From: Candidatus Uhrbacteria bacterium
Lineage (GTDB): Bacteria; Patescibacteriota; Patescibacteriia; UBA9934; GWF2-40-263
Assembly: GCA_016188495.1 (NCBI GenBank)
Contig: JACPHU010000010.1
Coordinates: forward strand, 349-64,348
DNA length: 64,000 nucleotides
Reading direction: 5' to 3'
Below, in pieces: positions 28,269-38,000 of this stretch. Below the pieces are notes generated by a model, which was not told the DNA's origin, did not search any database, and worked only from the letters and a program-made list of their open reading frames with translations. Numbering within the stretch: the stretch's first letter is position 1; the number at the start of each line of letters is the position of its first letter. A program made the position numbers and the translations under genes.

Positions 28269-29456
28269 ATGAAATATGTCATTATCGGCGGAGGAATTTC
28301 CGGAACAACCGCAGCGGAAGAATTGCGTAAACGGGATTCTCACGCTGAGATCACCATTGTCAGTGAAGAACATCACCCGTTGTACTCGCGTGTTCTTTTG
28401 CCTCATTACATAAAAGGAAAAATTCCTCGTGAACGCGTGTTTTTGAAGAAAGAGACTTGGTATGCGCAGCAACGCATCGAATGGTTGCCTGGGGTCATTG
28501 CCCAACATCTGGATCCGCGTAATAAATTTGTGGGGTTATCAAACGGCCGCGAATATCCTTACGACAAGCTTCTGGTTGCCACAGGCGCGGAAGTGCGTTC
28601 TCTTGAAGGTGATGCGCGGGGCGTTTCCTATTTTAGGACATTGGACGATGCAGATCATTTTTTACAGCTAGTGATGCAGCATCAAGAGATTCCTCGGGGA
28701 GCTGTGTATGGCAGCGGGTTTATTGCCTGCGAGTACATCAACCTTTTCCATCACTTCCGTATCCCGACCACGCTAGTCTACCGAGGGAATTTTTTTTGGA
28801 ACCGGGTATTAGAACCTGTGTGCGGGGAGCTGATCACGCGTCATATTGTTGAACATGGAGTAGACCTCCATCCCAACGAAGAACTCAATACCATTATTGG
28901 AGAGAAAGAATTAGAAGGATTTGCCACCAATAAGCAAGAGTATCTCGCTCATATTTTAGGAATCGGTATCGGGCTTGAACCATCGTTTTCTTGGCTTAGA
29001 CAAGCAGATGTAGAGGTGAACGCCGGTATCAGGGCTAACGAATATCTTGAGACGTCTGTGCCAGACGTTTTTACGTCAGGAGACGTGGCAGAGTTTTTTG
29101 ATCCTCTCGTGGGAAGACATTTGATGGTAGGAAATTGGATGAATGCCATGAGTCAGGCAAGAACGGTCGCAAAAACAATGACAGGAGAACGGACACGGTT
29201 TGAACTTGTTTCTTCGTATGCAACCAACGTGTTGGGACTGGAAATTATTTTTGTGGCAGACGTTGAGAAAGCTTCCGCTGACCAGATTTACCTTGTCGGA
29301 TCGCTTGACCAAGGAGGGATCACCCAAGTATTTGAACGAAACGGTCAGGTGGTGGGGGGAGTCATGATTGGCCGAAATAAAGATCGTATGCCTATCACTC
29401 AAGCGATTCAGCAGAAACATTCTTGGATTCAACTACAGAAAGAACTTATTTTTTAA
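28269..29456 (+). CDS. FAD-dependent pyridine nucleotide oxidoreductase (ferredoxin/rubredoxin reductase-like)
   Basis: IIGGGISG, YDKLLVATG, GSGFIACE, TSVPDVFTSGDVAE. Confidence 0.9.
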   Translation: MKYVIIGGGISGTTAAEELRKRDSHAEITIVSEEHHPLYSRVLLPHYIKGKIPRERVFLKKETWYAQQRIEWLPGVIAQHLDPRNKFVGLSNGREYPYDKLLVATGAEVRSLEGDARGVSYFRTLDDADHFLQLVMQHQEIPRGAVYGSGFIACEYINLFHHFRIPTTLVYRGNFFWNRVLEPVCGELITRHIVEHGVDLHPNEELNTIIGEKELEGFATNKQEYLAHILGIGIGLEPSFSWLRQADVEVNAGIRANEYLETSVPDVFTSGDVAEFFDPLVGRHLMVGNWMNAMSQARTVAKTMTGERTRFELVSSYATNVLGLEIIFVADVEKASADQIYLVGSLDQGGITQVFERNGQVVGGVMIGRNKDRMPITQAIQQKHSWIQLQKELIF

Positions 29457-29582
29457 GCGAAAAGATGAGATTGTCTCATTGACAGTTTTCAAGGAATCAG
29501 ATAAAAAAAGACCTTCTTTTAAAAGCAGTTTTGCTTAAAAGGAAGGTTTTTTGTTTCTTCACCCTTCAATGAGGAGGAATCC

Positions 29583-31793
29583 ATGGCTTCATCGCTGGCA
29601 GGTCATCTGACAAGGAATGTAATTCAGCGACATTTTGAGGAACTCGCCGAGCGGACCATCAACCAAGGCATCGCTGCCGGTGATAATGAAAACACGCTTG
29701 CCAAACGTGTTCTGAAGGCGACGTTTGGTCAGGATTCTCCTCTTGTGACTGCAGCCCGAGCCATACCGGGGTTGAACTACGCCCCTAATCTCGTTATCGC
29801 TGCTGTAGCAGAGGTTTTGAATGAACAGGCGTTGAATCTGTGGCCTGGAGATAATCGTCCTGCCATCAAGGCCCTTCGGATGGTTCTCAAGAATACGGCT
29901 CCAGCTCTTCTGGGGATTGGAGACGCTACTGCCGATGTGTTAGAGCGTCGGATCGATGAGGCAGTTGGAAAAGTCGTTTCTCCTTCGACGGCGGCACCTG
30001 CCGATCGAAAAGGAATATTGGATTTAGTCATGGTCATTCCAGGCTCCCGTTTCGGCATGCGTCCATTTTTTCCTGTCAAGAAAGATGCTGAGGGAAAAAT
30101 TGTCTTTACTGAACAAGGAGCGCCTGTAGTTCTTGATCGGGAGTTCACGAACTTTGCCGTCGATTGGATTCGAGAACATCCAAAAACCAAAATCACCACA
30201 GGTGGAGGACGCGATGGTCGGGCTCCGACCACGCAAGAAATCGCTCCGACCGCCCCGTGGCAGGTCTACTCGTTTCAGGAGTGGCTGCTTCTTGTGGATG
30301 GCGCGGATGAGATCGGGTCCGGGGTTGTGGAGAGTCTGCGCAAGCAGTTCGCTCCACCCAAGGGATGGGATCAGCAGATTTCTGAAGAGACATGGGCCAC
30401 GTTTCGGGCAGCCATCCGAACCCGTCATGCTCTGCAATGCGCAGGCCGGCGCAATTGGATGGATCGTCACGATTTCGAAAAGGTGATCGAAAAGATGCTG
30501 CAGGTTCAGCCTCCGGCGTTGCGCGTCAATCAGATGATCGGAGTCGCGTTTTTTCACCGCATCGGCCAAGAGGGTGCTTCGCCCGGTTTCTTTTCCGAAG
30601 AGGCACTGGGCGAATTCGAGGAGACGTTAGACGTCTTTTTGGGTGGAGAACAGGATAGGCTTACCAAGCTCATCCGTGCGGCCTGCCATATCAAACGTGC
30701 GGCAGCCAAACAGGAGATGCATCCGGTCAAAGCACTGCTTGCGATCGCAGGTCTCACGAGCGTGATCTGGTTGCCGATTCTCATCGCCGTTAGTTTATTG
30801 CTTCTTTCCGCCATGATGTTTATCCAGGGCGTTTTTACTCCATTGGAAGGTACTGTTTCGTATCTTGGGATGGATGTCAGCGCCAAGGCGTTCGCGTTAT
30901 GGATGACGTTTGGGGCTGGATGGCTGGCTTTCGTGGTGACGATTTCGTTCCCCATTTTTCAAATGGCTACCTCATGGATCCGCAGATTTTTTCCAGGTAT
31001 GAGAGACGATTGGCTTACGTCCATTGGGAGAAAAATCGTTGCCTTCGGACTTCTGGTATGCAGCGGGATGGAATTTTATGCTGTTGCCCTTAACCTGAGT
31101 CCGTTGATGCGCATGGTCATTCTCGCTTCTGGTGGGGTAGGTATCGCTCTTTCTATGTCGCTTGTTGAAGTCGGATATCGGGCTGAGGCAGAGCGTGCCG
31201 TAAAGAATTCTTATAAGCCTCTGTTGTTCCTTTTCGGGATTGTACCGTTAGGGATCGCCTATGTTTACGGAACGTATGAGGGAAATCCGCAGACGGGTAA
31301 GGCAATCGTCGACAGCTTCTCAGACGTTTGGAACATCATACAGTCCTCCAAGATGATTCAATCCATCGTATTCCTTTTGGGAGTCATTGTATTGGGAGCT
31401 CTCGTAAGGCTTTTGGAAAGGGCTCGAGTGGTCGACGGGTTTGCGGTCAAAGAACGCATCCCCGGCTCTCGCTGGGCAATGGGAATTCTGACGATCATCG
31501 GATTGATCGCGATCTGGTTTCATGAGCCGCCTAAGAAAAATCTCCCTTCGGTATGGAACTCACAGGTTCAGTCGACAGACCTCACCTACGAGGGACCAAA
31601 CGGTAAGGTAAGAGTAAAACAGCAGGTGTATGAAGACGGACTGAAGAAGACTCAGGTCAAGGGTGATATTGAGATTGCTTCACCAACACCTATTCTTCCA
31701 GCTCCAGCTCCTAAAATATCAAACAAAGAACTTTGTGCTGAAGATCCTCCGCGTCTTCCCTTCAGTATCTGTCATGACTTAGGTTACAAATAA
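29583..31793 (+). CDS. Hypothetical polytopic membrane protein with large N-terminal soluble domain
   Basis: 736-aa ORF, SD GAGGAGG, ~7-8 hydrophobic segments in the C-terminal half. Confidence 0.85.
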   Translation: MASSLAGHLTRNVIQRHFEELAERTINQGIAAGDNENTLAKRVLKATFGQDSPLVTAARAIPGLNYAPNLVIAAVAEVLNEQALNLWPGDNRPAIKALRMVLKNTAPALLGIGDATADVLERRIDEAVGKVVSPSTAAPADRKGILDLVMVIPGSRFGMRPFFPVKKDAEGKIVFTEQGAPVVLDREFTNFAVDWIREHPKTKITTGGGRDGRAPTTQEIAPTAPWQVYSFQEWLLLVDGADEIGSGVVESLRKQFAPPKGWDQQISEETWATFRAAIRTRHALQCAGRRNWMDRHDFEKVIEKMLQVQPPALRVNQMIGVAFFHRIGQEGASPGFFSEEALGEFEETLDVFLGGEQDRLTKLIRAACHIKRAAAKQEMHPVKALLAIAGLTSVIWLPILIAVSLLLLSAMMFIQGVFTPLEGTVSYLGMDVSAKAFALWMTFGAGWLAFVVTISFPIFQMATSWIRRFFPGMRDDWLTSIGRKIVAFGLLVCSGMEFYAVALNLSPLMRMVILASGGVGIALSMSLVEVGYRAEAERAVKNSYKPLLFLFGIVPLGIAYVYGTYEGNPQTGKAIVDSFSDVWNIIQSSKMIQSIVFLLGVIVLGALVRLLERARVVDGFAVKERIPGSRWAMGILTIIGLIAIWFHEPPKKNLPSVWNSQVQSTDLTYEGPNGKVRVKQQVYEDGLKKTQVKGDIEIASPTPILPAPAPKISNKELCAEDPPRLPFSICHDLGYK

Positions 31794-31951
31794 GACACTC
31801 ACAGCAGCCGTTTACACACGAGCTGCTTTTTGTTTAAAGATTTTGAACCATCGTTAGCTATTTTTATATCATTCGGGATCAAGCGGTGTCCATCCTTTCC
31901 GTTGACGGTGACGTAGGGCAATGATACGGTTTGCGAAAATAAAAGAATATT

Positions 31952-31993
31952 CCCTGAGCCTGCCTGCCGTGAGCGTGTCAAACGGTCGAAGGG
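31952..31993 (+). repeat. Family B repeat with nested copy
   Basis: CCCTGAGCC-[CCGTGAGCGTGTCAAACGG]-TCGAAGGG. Confidence 0.7.
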
Positions 31994-32020
31994 TCAAAAT
32001 TCGATGAAAGTAAAACGTTC

Positions 32021-32131
32021 AAAATTGGATGAGTTGCGCCGGGCTGGAGGAAAAAAATCCGTGAGTCGTAGCCAAATCTACGGCGAACGGATTTTTTCCC
32101 GAGACCCAAGCAGATCGCGGATAATTATTTT
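32021..32131 (+). repeat. Divergent family A-like hairpin element
   Basis: GGATGAG...GGGCTG..GGAAAAAAATCCGT..ACGGATTTTTTCC..GATCGCG. Confidence 0.55.
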
Positions 32132-32134
32132 AAT

Positions 32135-32261
32135 GAGATCTCTTCAAAAATCGATGAGATTTCGTTGAATGGGGAAATCAGTGATAGAGCCGTATTCAAA
32201 ATACGGTGACGAACCGATGGGGCCCCATGAAACGAAAGATCGCGATTTTTGAAGAGATCTC
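32135..32261 (+). repeat. Dispersed hairpin element, family A
   Basis: 19-bp outer stem GAGATCTCTTCAAAAATCG/CGATTTTTGAAGAGATCTC; ends 3 nt before tRNA-Ser. Confidence 0.85.
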
Positions 32262-32264
32262 TAT

Positions 32265-32357
<93 letters not shown>

Positions 32358-32394
32358 CGACTACCGTTGTATTGTTTAGAACGGTAGTCGAATG

Positions 32395-32413
32395 CCCTGA
32401 GCCTGTCGAAGGG
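32395..32413 (+). repeat. Minimal family B repeat
   Basis: CCCTGAGCCTGTCGAAGGG, preceded by hairpin CATTCGACTACCGTT/AACGGTAGTCGAATG. Confidence 0.75.
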
Positions 32414-32489
32414 CAGAAGTGTAATGGTATACAACCGCTCATGGTCGTTGACCATTCAAATTAGAGAATCGTGCTCTTTAACTCCGTGT

Positions 32490-32753
32490 ATGCAAAACTT
32501 GTTTTTTGTCTATATTCTAGAATGTTCTGATGGAAGTTATTACGCGGGTTCAACAAATGACTTGGAGGAAAGGTTAAAACGGCACAATACAGGTGAAGCA
32601 TCAGAATGGATAAGTAAACGTCGACCGATAAAAATGATCTATCAATAAGGATATGTCTCATTACTCTCTGCACGACAACGAAAGGAACAGATAAAAGGCT
32701 GGTCTCGAAAAAAGAAAGAAAATCTTATCAATGGTGTTTGGAAAAAAATATAA
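32490..32753 (+). pseudogene. Small GIY-YIG endonuclease with in-frame TAA
   Basis: FVYILECSDGSYYAGSTNDLEERLKRHNTG...IYQ* continues in the same frame as GYVSLLSARQRKEQIKGWSRKKKENLI; stop at 32646-32648. Confidence 0.85.
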
Positions 32754-32791
32754 CAACCCTTCGTGGGGTTTTTTGTTAAGGTGATATCAAG

Positions 32792-33526
32792 ATGTCTATG
32801 AATAGTGGATTTGAAAAATTTCAACCAACACTGACGCAAGATCAGGTCGAGGGGTACCTGCTCTATTGGTCTCGAAAAGGATACCGGGTTGTTTATGGAC
32901 GAGAGCCTCTTGTAAACGGGTGGACAGTGTTTTTCAAACCGATGTGCATGGTAGGCATTCGACCGGGCCAATGTCCTGGGTATTGGTCTGTTCATGTCGG
33001 CCATCTATTGCGATCAATTGGGGCGATCGGAACTCTGGAGGAATTAAAACAATACTTTGAAACGGCATGCGCCTCTCAGGAAATTTCTCTGGAAGCATTG
33101 CCTTCTCAACATCACACCACAGCCGAAGAACCACTCACGTTTTGGATTAAATTAAAATCCATGATCGGCTCCGCGCAGATCACCGCCATATGGGATCCGT
33201 TTCTCACGTCAGAATCCATTGCCAATCTTCGAGACTTAAAGGGTTTAGGGTGTAATTTTTCAAAAAATTTAAGACTTTTAACATCATCAACAGGATCACT
33301 GTCTAAAAACTTTGTTGATAAATTTAATTTTGAAATGGGTATTGCAACCGAATTAAGGTACGGTCAAAAGAAACACGTACGAGTGATTTTTTTGAATGAC
33401 GGACGATGCATATCTCCAGATTTTTCTCTAAATAAGGAACAGCTTGGAACGATCAGTGTTGTGGAGACGGCTCCAAAGCTCGCACTCTTTGAACTAGAGT
33501 GGAAAACTGCGAACCCAGCCATATAA
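32792..33526 (+). CDS. Hypothetical protein, C-terminal half possibly PLD/MITD1-like fold
   Basis: IWDPFL, LRLLTS, KHVRVIFLND...FSL, FELEW pattern; tentative. Confidence 0.6.
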   Translation: MSMNSGFEKFQPTLTQDQVEGYLLYWSRKGYRVVYGREPLVNGWTVFFKPMCMVGIRPGQCPGYWSVHVGHLLRSIGAIGTLEELKQYFETACASQEISLEALPSQHHTTAEEPLTFWIKLKSMIGSAQITAIWDPFLTSESIANLRDLKGLGCNFSKNLRLLTSSTGSLSKNFVDKFNFEMGIATELRYGQKKHVRVIFLNDGRCISPDFSLNKEQLGTISVVETAPKLALFELEWKTANPAI

Positions 33527-33622
33527 ATCGACCTGCATGCCTCAAAATCGTCGTCTGATAAAATCTTCTAAACCCTCTCAAACATCTCGCTAGTTTCGGT
33601 ACCTAACCCTTCCCGTCACCTC

Positions 33623-33660
33623 CACATAAAAACACCGACTCTGTTCGGTGTTTTTATGTG
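33623..33660. terminator. Terminator-like hairpin
   Basis: CACATAAAAACACCGA/TCGGTGTTTTTATGTG perfect 16-bp stem. Confidence 0.6.
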
Positions 33661-33736
33661 CCCGTGCTGATCTTTGTCTGTCGACTTTACGTGGTTTGAT
33701 CTTAATCTGTGTGTTGTCTGTATTACATGAGATCAT

Positions 33737-34657
33737 TTGATAGACTATACAGATATGACGAGAGAATTTTTTTCAGAAAAAGGAAGGAAGGAAACCGGTC
33801 GACAAAAAAAGTTTCGTTTTGTGATCGAAACGCTCTCTCGGCAACAAACGCCGGAACAAATCCCTGCGTCTGCCCAAAAGCTTCAAAAGGAATTAGAACA
33901 CTTTCCTTTTCAGTGGTTGTTAGAAGAACTTCAAAAAATAAATCGCCGTGTTCAAAGCAATAGTGATTTCCAAGACCATATTGAAGGAATAAAAGGCATT
34001 CGATGGAATGAAGAAACGCAAACGCTGGGATCATATAAGGTCATCAATAATATCATTCAATTAAATCCAAAAAGAATTGAAGAAAAAATCGCCTGGGCCG
34101 TTGAGGATGGATTACCAGAAGAACAAGCAAGAACGTTAGTACTGACTCGTATTCTCATCCATGAATTTCTTCATGTGTATTCAGTAAATCATTGTTATGG
34201 AATGGAATTGTTAACAAACAAAAAAACCGGGGAGATGAACATCGTCAGAGGTGTCCAAGAATCCAAACACCCTGTAGTGAAAGGCGAATGGGCAGGACCT
34301 GAAAAGGTCTATTTTGAAGATTTGAACGAAGGAATTGTAGACCTCATCTCAGATGCATTTTTTCGAATATACATGGAGGATACGGGCGTACCCGAAAAAG
34401 AACAGGAACGTTTTTTGGATTTTTTTGAAACGATAGACTCGAAAAAAGAACACAAATTGTTTGTATTAGATCTTATTCAAAAAATAGCAGAAGACACCGG
34501 TGTTTCGTGGGAAGTGGCCTATGAAGGGTTCATCCACCAATTGAAAAAGGAAGGAAAATTGAATCAGGAACTACAAGAATGGTTCGTGCAATTAGTGGGG
34601 GATGAATTATTTCAAAAAGCAAAATTCGGGGGATTATCTATACAAAATCATGAATAG
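33737..34657 (+). CDS. Hypothetical protein with HExxH zincin-like motif
   Basis: LIHEFLH with downstream LNEG (gluzincin-type third ligand). Confidence 0.7.
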   Translation: MIDYTDMTREFFSEKGRKETGRQKKFRFVIETLSRQQTPEQIPASAQKLQKELEHFPFQWLLEELQKINRRVQSNSDFQDHIEGIKGIRWNEETQTLGSYKVINNIIQLNPKRIEEKIAWAVEDGLPEEQARTLVLTRILIHEFLHVYSVNHCYGMELLTNKKTGEMNIVRGVQESKHPVVKGEWAGPEKVYFEDLNEGIVDLISDAFFRIYMEDTGVPEKEQERFLDFFETIDSKKEHKLFVLDLIQKIAEDTGVSWEVAYEGFIHQLKKEGKLNQELQEWFVQLVGDELFQKAKFGGLSIQNHE

Positions 34658-34749
34658 CCATAATATTCATTGACTTTTCTTGTATTTTTTGGTATCAGTC
34701 TAGCCAGAATTCAGTTCATTAATTTTCAACAACACCCAGGAGACTTTCC

Positions 34750-35553
34750 ATGAAGACGATTCCTGTTGAAGAACTCCATCGATTTCTGTTGATCGAAGCC
34801 TGTGCACACACATCTACCTGGCTCTATGCCTTGCGATGGTCCCCGGCGCGATCTGCGTTATCGAAACTCCTCAAACAAGCGCGAATCATGGTCCCAAGAA
34901 TTGGAACCAATACCGATGTTGCCCGAGAAGCTCGTAAGCTGGCTTATACCATCGAAATGGATGGGGTCGGAGTCGGTGGCTTTACAAAGCTTCCTTCAAC
35001 TCTGTGGCCTAAGGAATTCTCGCAGAACCCATGGGATTACGCGGACAAATATCCGCATATGAAACGCGAACGAATACAGTTTTTGTGGGAGCGTTGGAAC
35101 TTGCGACGAGATTCATTTCACCGACTCACAGAGCGTATAAAGCAGATTCTGCGCGCGATCGAGTTCTTCGATAATCCCCGCGATTGCGGTGAACCGCCCT
35201 ATCAAGGCAATGTAGCCAAAGGGTATCATGCACGATATTGTTTGACCCAGCAGATTGCGATGCCAGATCTTCATGGTTTAGAGAACCAAATCAATATGCG
35301 AATCGTTCGCCCAACGACCGGTGTGGAATGGCTTCATGTGGAAAATAATGAGCAGGCAGAATTTGACGATGAAGCATTGATGCACATCCGAGAAAAAGCC
35401 TGGCAACAAGGCATTCGCGGCATCTTCTTCGTTCAGCATATACCTAATTCAAAAAGAGAAGTCATACTGCGCAAGCCTGCGTCTGACATACGACTACGAC
35501 ACTGGCTGCCGTACGACCAATGGAGACCAGAATACTACTCAGTCTCTCTCTAA
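34750..35553 (+). CDS. Hypothetical protein
   Basis: 267-aa ORF with SD AGGAG; no motif recognised. Confidence 0.75.
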   Translation: MKTIPVEELHRFLLIEACAHTSTWLYALRWSPARSALSKLLKQARIMVPRIGTNTDVAREARKLAYTIEMDGVGVGGFTKLPSTLWPKEFSQNPWDYADKYPHMKRERIQFLWERWNLRRDSFHRLTERIKQILRAIEFFDNPRDCGEPPYQGNVAKGYHARYCLTQQIAMPDLHGLENQINMRIVRPTTGVEWLHVENNEQAEFDDEALMHIREKAWQQGIRGIFFVQHIPNSKREVILRKPASDIRLRHWLPYDQWRPEYYSVSL

Positions 35554-35645
35554 GAAATCTCACACTCATTGTAAACGCAAGGGTGTGTTTTTTGTTACAA
35601 GGGGATACGGTTAATAAACTATCAAAAAAATAGATAAAGAAAACG

Positions 35646-35749
35646 TGCTATACTAAAAAAGATCTATGAAATGCTTTGATACATTTCTTGTGCCACTGAG
35701 CGGATTTCATTGTTTATTCAAAACCTCAACCATCGGTTGAGGTTTTTTT
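35646..35749 (+). promoter_or_regulatory. Putative attenuator/riboswitch-like leader of ribA
   Basis: Extended -10 TGCTATACT; stem ATGAAATGCT...AGCGGATTTCAT; then terminator AAAACCTCAACC-ATC-GGTTGAGGTTTTTTT ending 15 nt before the ATG. Confidence 0.45.
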
Positions 35750-35764
35750 ATTCACCCACCCCCT

Positions 35765-36364
35765 ATGTTCACCCAAACTACTCTTGCGACTAAGTTCGGA
35801 ACGTTCATGATCCGCGTGTATGAAGACGCTCAGGGAAAAGAAACGATTGTCCTTTCAACGCAGCAACTAGACATCACGGTACCCGTTTTTGTACGGATCC
35901 ACAGCGAGTGCATGACCGGTGACACGTTTGGAAGCTTACAGTGCGATTGCGGACAACAACTTGAAACGTTCTTTGAAAAGATGGCACAAAGTGAAAACGC
36001 GGTGCTCATTTATTTACGACAAGAAGGACGCGGGATTGGCTTGTTTGAAAAAATAAAAAGTTACCAGCTTCAAAAAAAGGGATACGACACCTTCGATGCT
36101 AATGTGTTATTAGGACACGGACCCGATGAACGGACCTACGAAAAAGCAAAAATGGCACTGGAGGACTTAGGGATCACTCGCATTCACTTGCTCACGAACA
36201 ATCCTTCAAAAATCCAGGAAATGACAAGGTTGGGAATTGAAATCGTAGAACGAGTTCCGTTGGTCATACCCGCTAATACGCACAACGAGCGCTACTTCAT
36301 TTCAAAAAGAGACAAATTCCATCATCTTTTTAGCGAAAATATAAGTGTACCTTCACGTACTTAA
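35765..36364 (+). CDS. ribA: GTP cyclohydrolase II
   Basis: VRIHSECMTGD.FGSLQCDCG, YLRQEGRGIGL..K, LLTNNPSK. Confidence 0.95.
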   Translation: MFTQTTLATKFGTFMIRVYEDAQGKETIVLSTQQLDITVPVFVRIHSECMTGDTFGSLQCDCGQQLETFFEKMAQSENAVLIYLRQEGRGIGLFEKIKSYQLQKKGYDTFDANVLLGHGPDERTYEKAKMALEDLGITRIHLLTNNPSKIQEMTRLGIEIVERVPLVIPANTHNERYFISKRDKFHHLFSENISVPSRT

Positions 36365-36614
36365 AAACCTCACAATCTTCTCTGCTCATTAAAATACCTT
36401 CAAACACACTCTACAAAATGATCAATCCCTCCTCTTCTGGAAAACACACTCTCAGCATTGAGTGACTATAAACACACAGAAGCCTATGGATTTGCGTTTG
36501 AGTAAACAGATTATCTTTTTTCAAAAAATTCGAATATCCGGTGATCTTTTTTCAAAAAAATCTGTTAAAATAGAACTATATTGTTCTACTTTTAATTTAC
36601 TTACACTCATTTGT

Positions 36615-37073
36615 ATGAAAAGATCTGCTTTTCTCTTTAGCTTTCTTTTTATCACGAACGTTGTTCTCACCGGAGTTGGCTGTATCACCTCCAATTCACA
36701 AGATGAAAATCCGAATTCATCTTCGGCGGACATGAAAACAACTCTCGATACTCCGTTTACGTTGGCTCCGAGTCAGAGCATAGAAGTGAATACTCCTGAG
36801 AATTCTGAATTAACAATGACGTTTGCCTCTGTCGAAAACGACTCACGCTGTCCCATTGGCGCACAATGCGTCTGGACAGGAGAAGCAACAGTACAATTAA
36901 CGATTTCATCCGCCGCCATGACGGAACAAAGCATTTCTCTCAAGACGAATAATCAACCTGTTGAATTTAATGGGTATCTGATCACGCTTATAGACTTAAG
37001 CCCTGTTCCCATAATGGATGCGGAAACGGATCCAAACGACTACAGAGCAACGCTCTCCGTTTCAAAAAGATAA
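36615..37073 (+). CDS. Lipoprotein
   Basis: LTGVGC lipobox; V.NDSRCP.GAQCVWTGEA motif. Confidence 0.75.
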   Translation: MKRSAFLFSFLFITNVVLTGVGCITSNSQDENPNSSSADMKTTLDTPFTLAPSQSIEVNTPENSELTMTFASVENDSRCPIGAQCVWTGEATVQLTISSAAMTEQSISLKTNNQPVEFNGYLITLIDLSPVPIMDAETDPNDYRATLSVSKR

Positions 37074-37098
37074 AAAGCTCCGTGTATAATAGCGTGAT

Positions 37099-37428
37099 AT
37101 GAAACCTGTTTTGATTATTGCTCTCTTAGCTGTCATGAGTGCTTTTGGGGATCTTTTTATCAAACTTGCCGGACAAGGACCGAAATTCATCGACCTGAAA
37201 TGGTTCATTATCGGAGCTGTCTTGTATACATCAACCATTTTCGGATGGTTTTATGTCATGAAACATATTGAACTTTCATCTGTAGGGGTGATCTATGCCA
37301 TCATGACGATTCTGTTGCTTGTCACCATCGGCGTTGTGTATTTTCATGAAAAACTCAACGGATATGAAATTGTAGGTTCTTTGATCGCTATTGTCTCTAT
37401 CATTCTCCTAAGTCGTTTCTCTTCTTAA
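37099..37428 (+). CDS. Small 4-TM DMT/SMR-like transporter
   Basis: 109 aa, four TM helices, GVVYFHEKL motif. Confidence 0.8.
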   Translation: MKPVLIIALLAVMSAFGDLFIKLAGQGPKFIDLKWFIIGAVLYTSTIFGWFYVMKHIELSSVGVIYAIMTILLLVTIGVVYFHEKLNGYEIVGSLIAIVSIILLSRFSS

Positions 37429-37460
37429 AAAAATACGACCTTTTTCAAGGTCGTATTTTT

Positions 37461-37877
37461 TTAATGAATCGTGACATCTCCTTTTTCTGTTGAGAACATA
37501 TCATCTTTTAATCTGCGACTCATTTCTTCCAAAAGAAGTCTTTGTTTCTGAGGATCATTTTCCTTAAGAGTTCGAAGACATAAGTCACGAAATCCTTCTT
37601 CTCCATCTGTTTCTACTTCATTATTCTCCCACATCTCTCGAAATGTTTTAGGTCCCCCCTTATCAATCCAGGTAAGAAGAGGAGGCTGTTCATCCTTATT
37701 TGAAGTGGGAAATGCATCTCCATACACCTGTTGAACACGTAAGAAAAGTTTATAAAGATCAATTTCCCTAAGAGGTTCGCCGTTATACAAACGATCTATT
37801 GCATCTTGAAGCTGATCAAGAGGCCTTTCTTCTTTTAACGGTTTAAATGCAGGCGCTGCTTCCATGGATGGCGACAT
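37461..37877 (-). CDS. Hypothetical protein
   Basis: 138-aa ORF ending at a bidirectional terminator (37427-37462). Confidence 0.7.
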   Translation of the reverse strand: MSPSMEAAPAFKPLKEERPLDQLQDAIDRLYNGEPLREIDLYKLFLRVQQVYGDAFPTSNKDEQPPLLTWIDKGGPKTFREMWENNEVETDGEEGFRDLCLRTLKENDPQKQRLLLEEMSRRLKDDMFSTEKGDVTIH

Positions 37878-38000
37878 ATCTTGAAAAAGAATTTAAGGTT
37901 ATAAAACAACTTTATCAAAGACCTTGATTATTGGCGAGGGAGATATCAAGAGCCTTAAAAAACGATTACAATGTGACTGTTGCAAACAAAAATCAAACCT

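Noticed and set aside
35660-35750. FMN, SAM, ZTP or preQ1 riboswitch upstream of ribA
   Set aside because: None of the consensus motifs I know for these classes is present; retained only as an unclassified leader.
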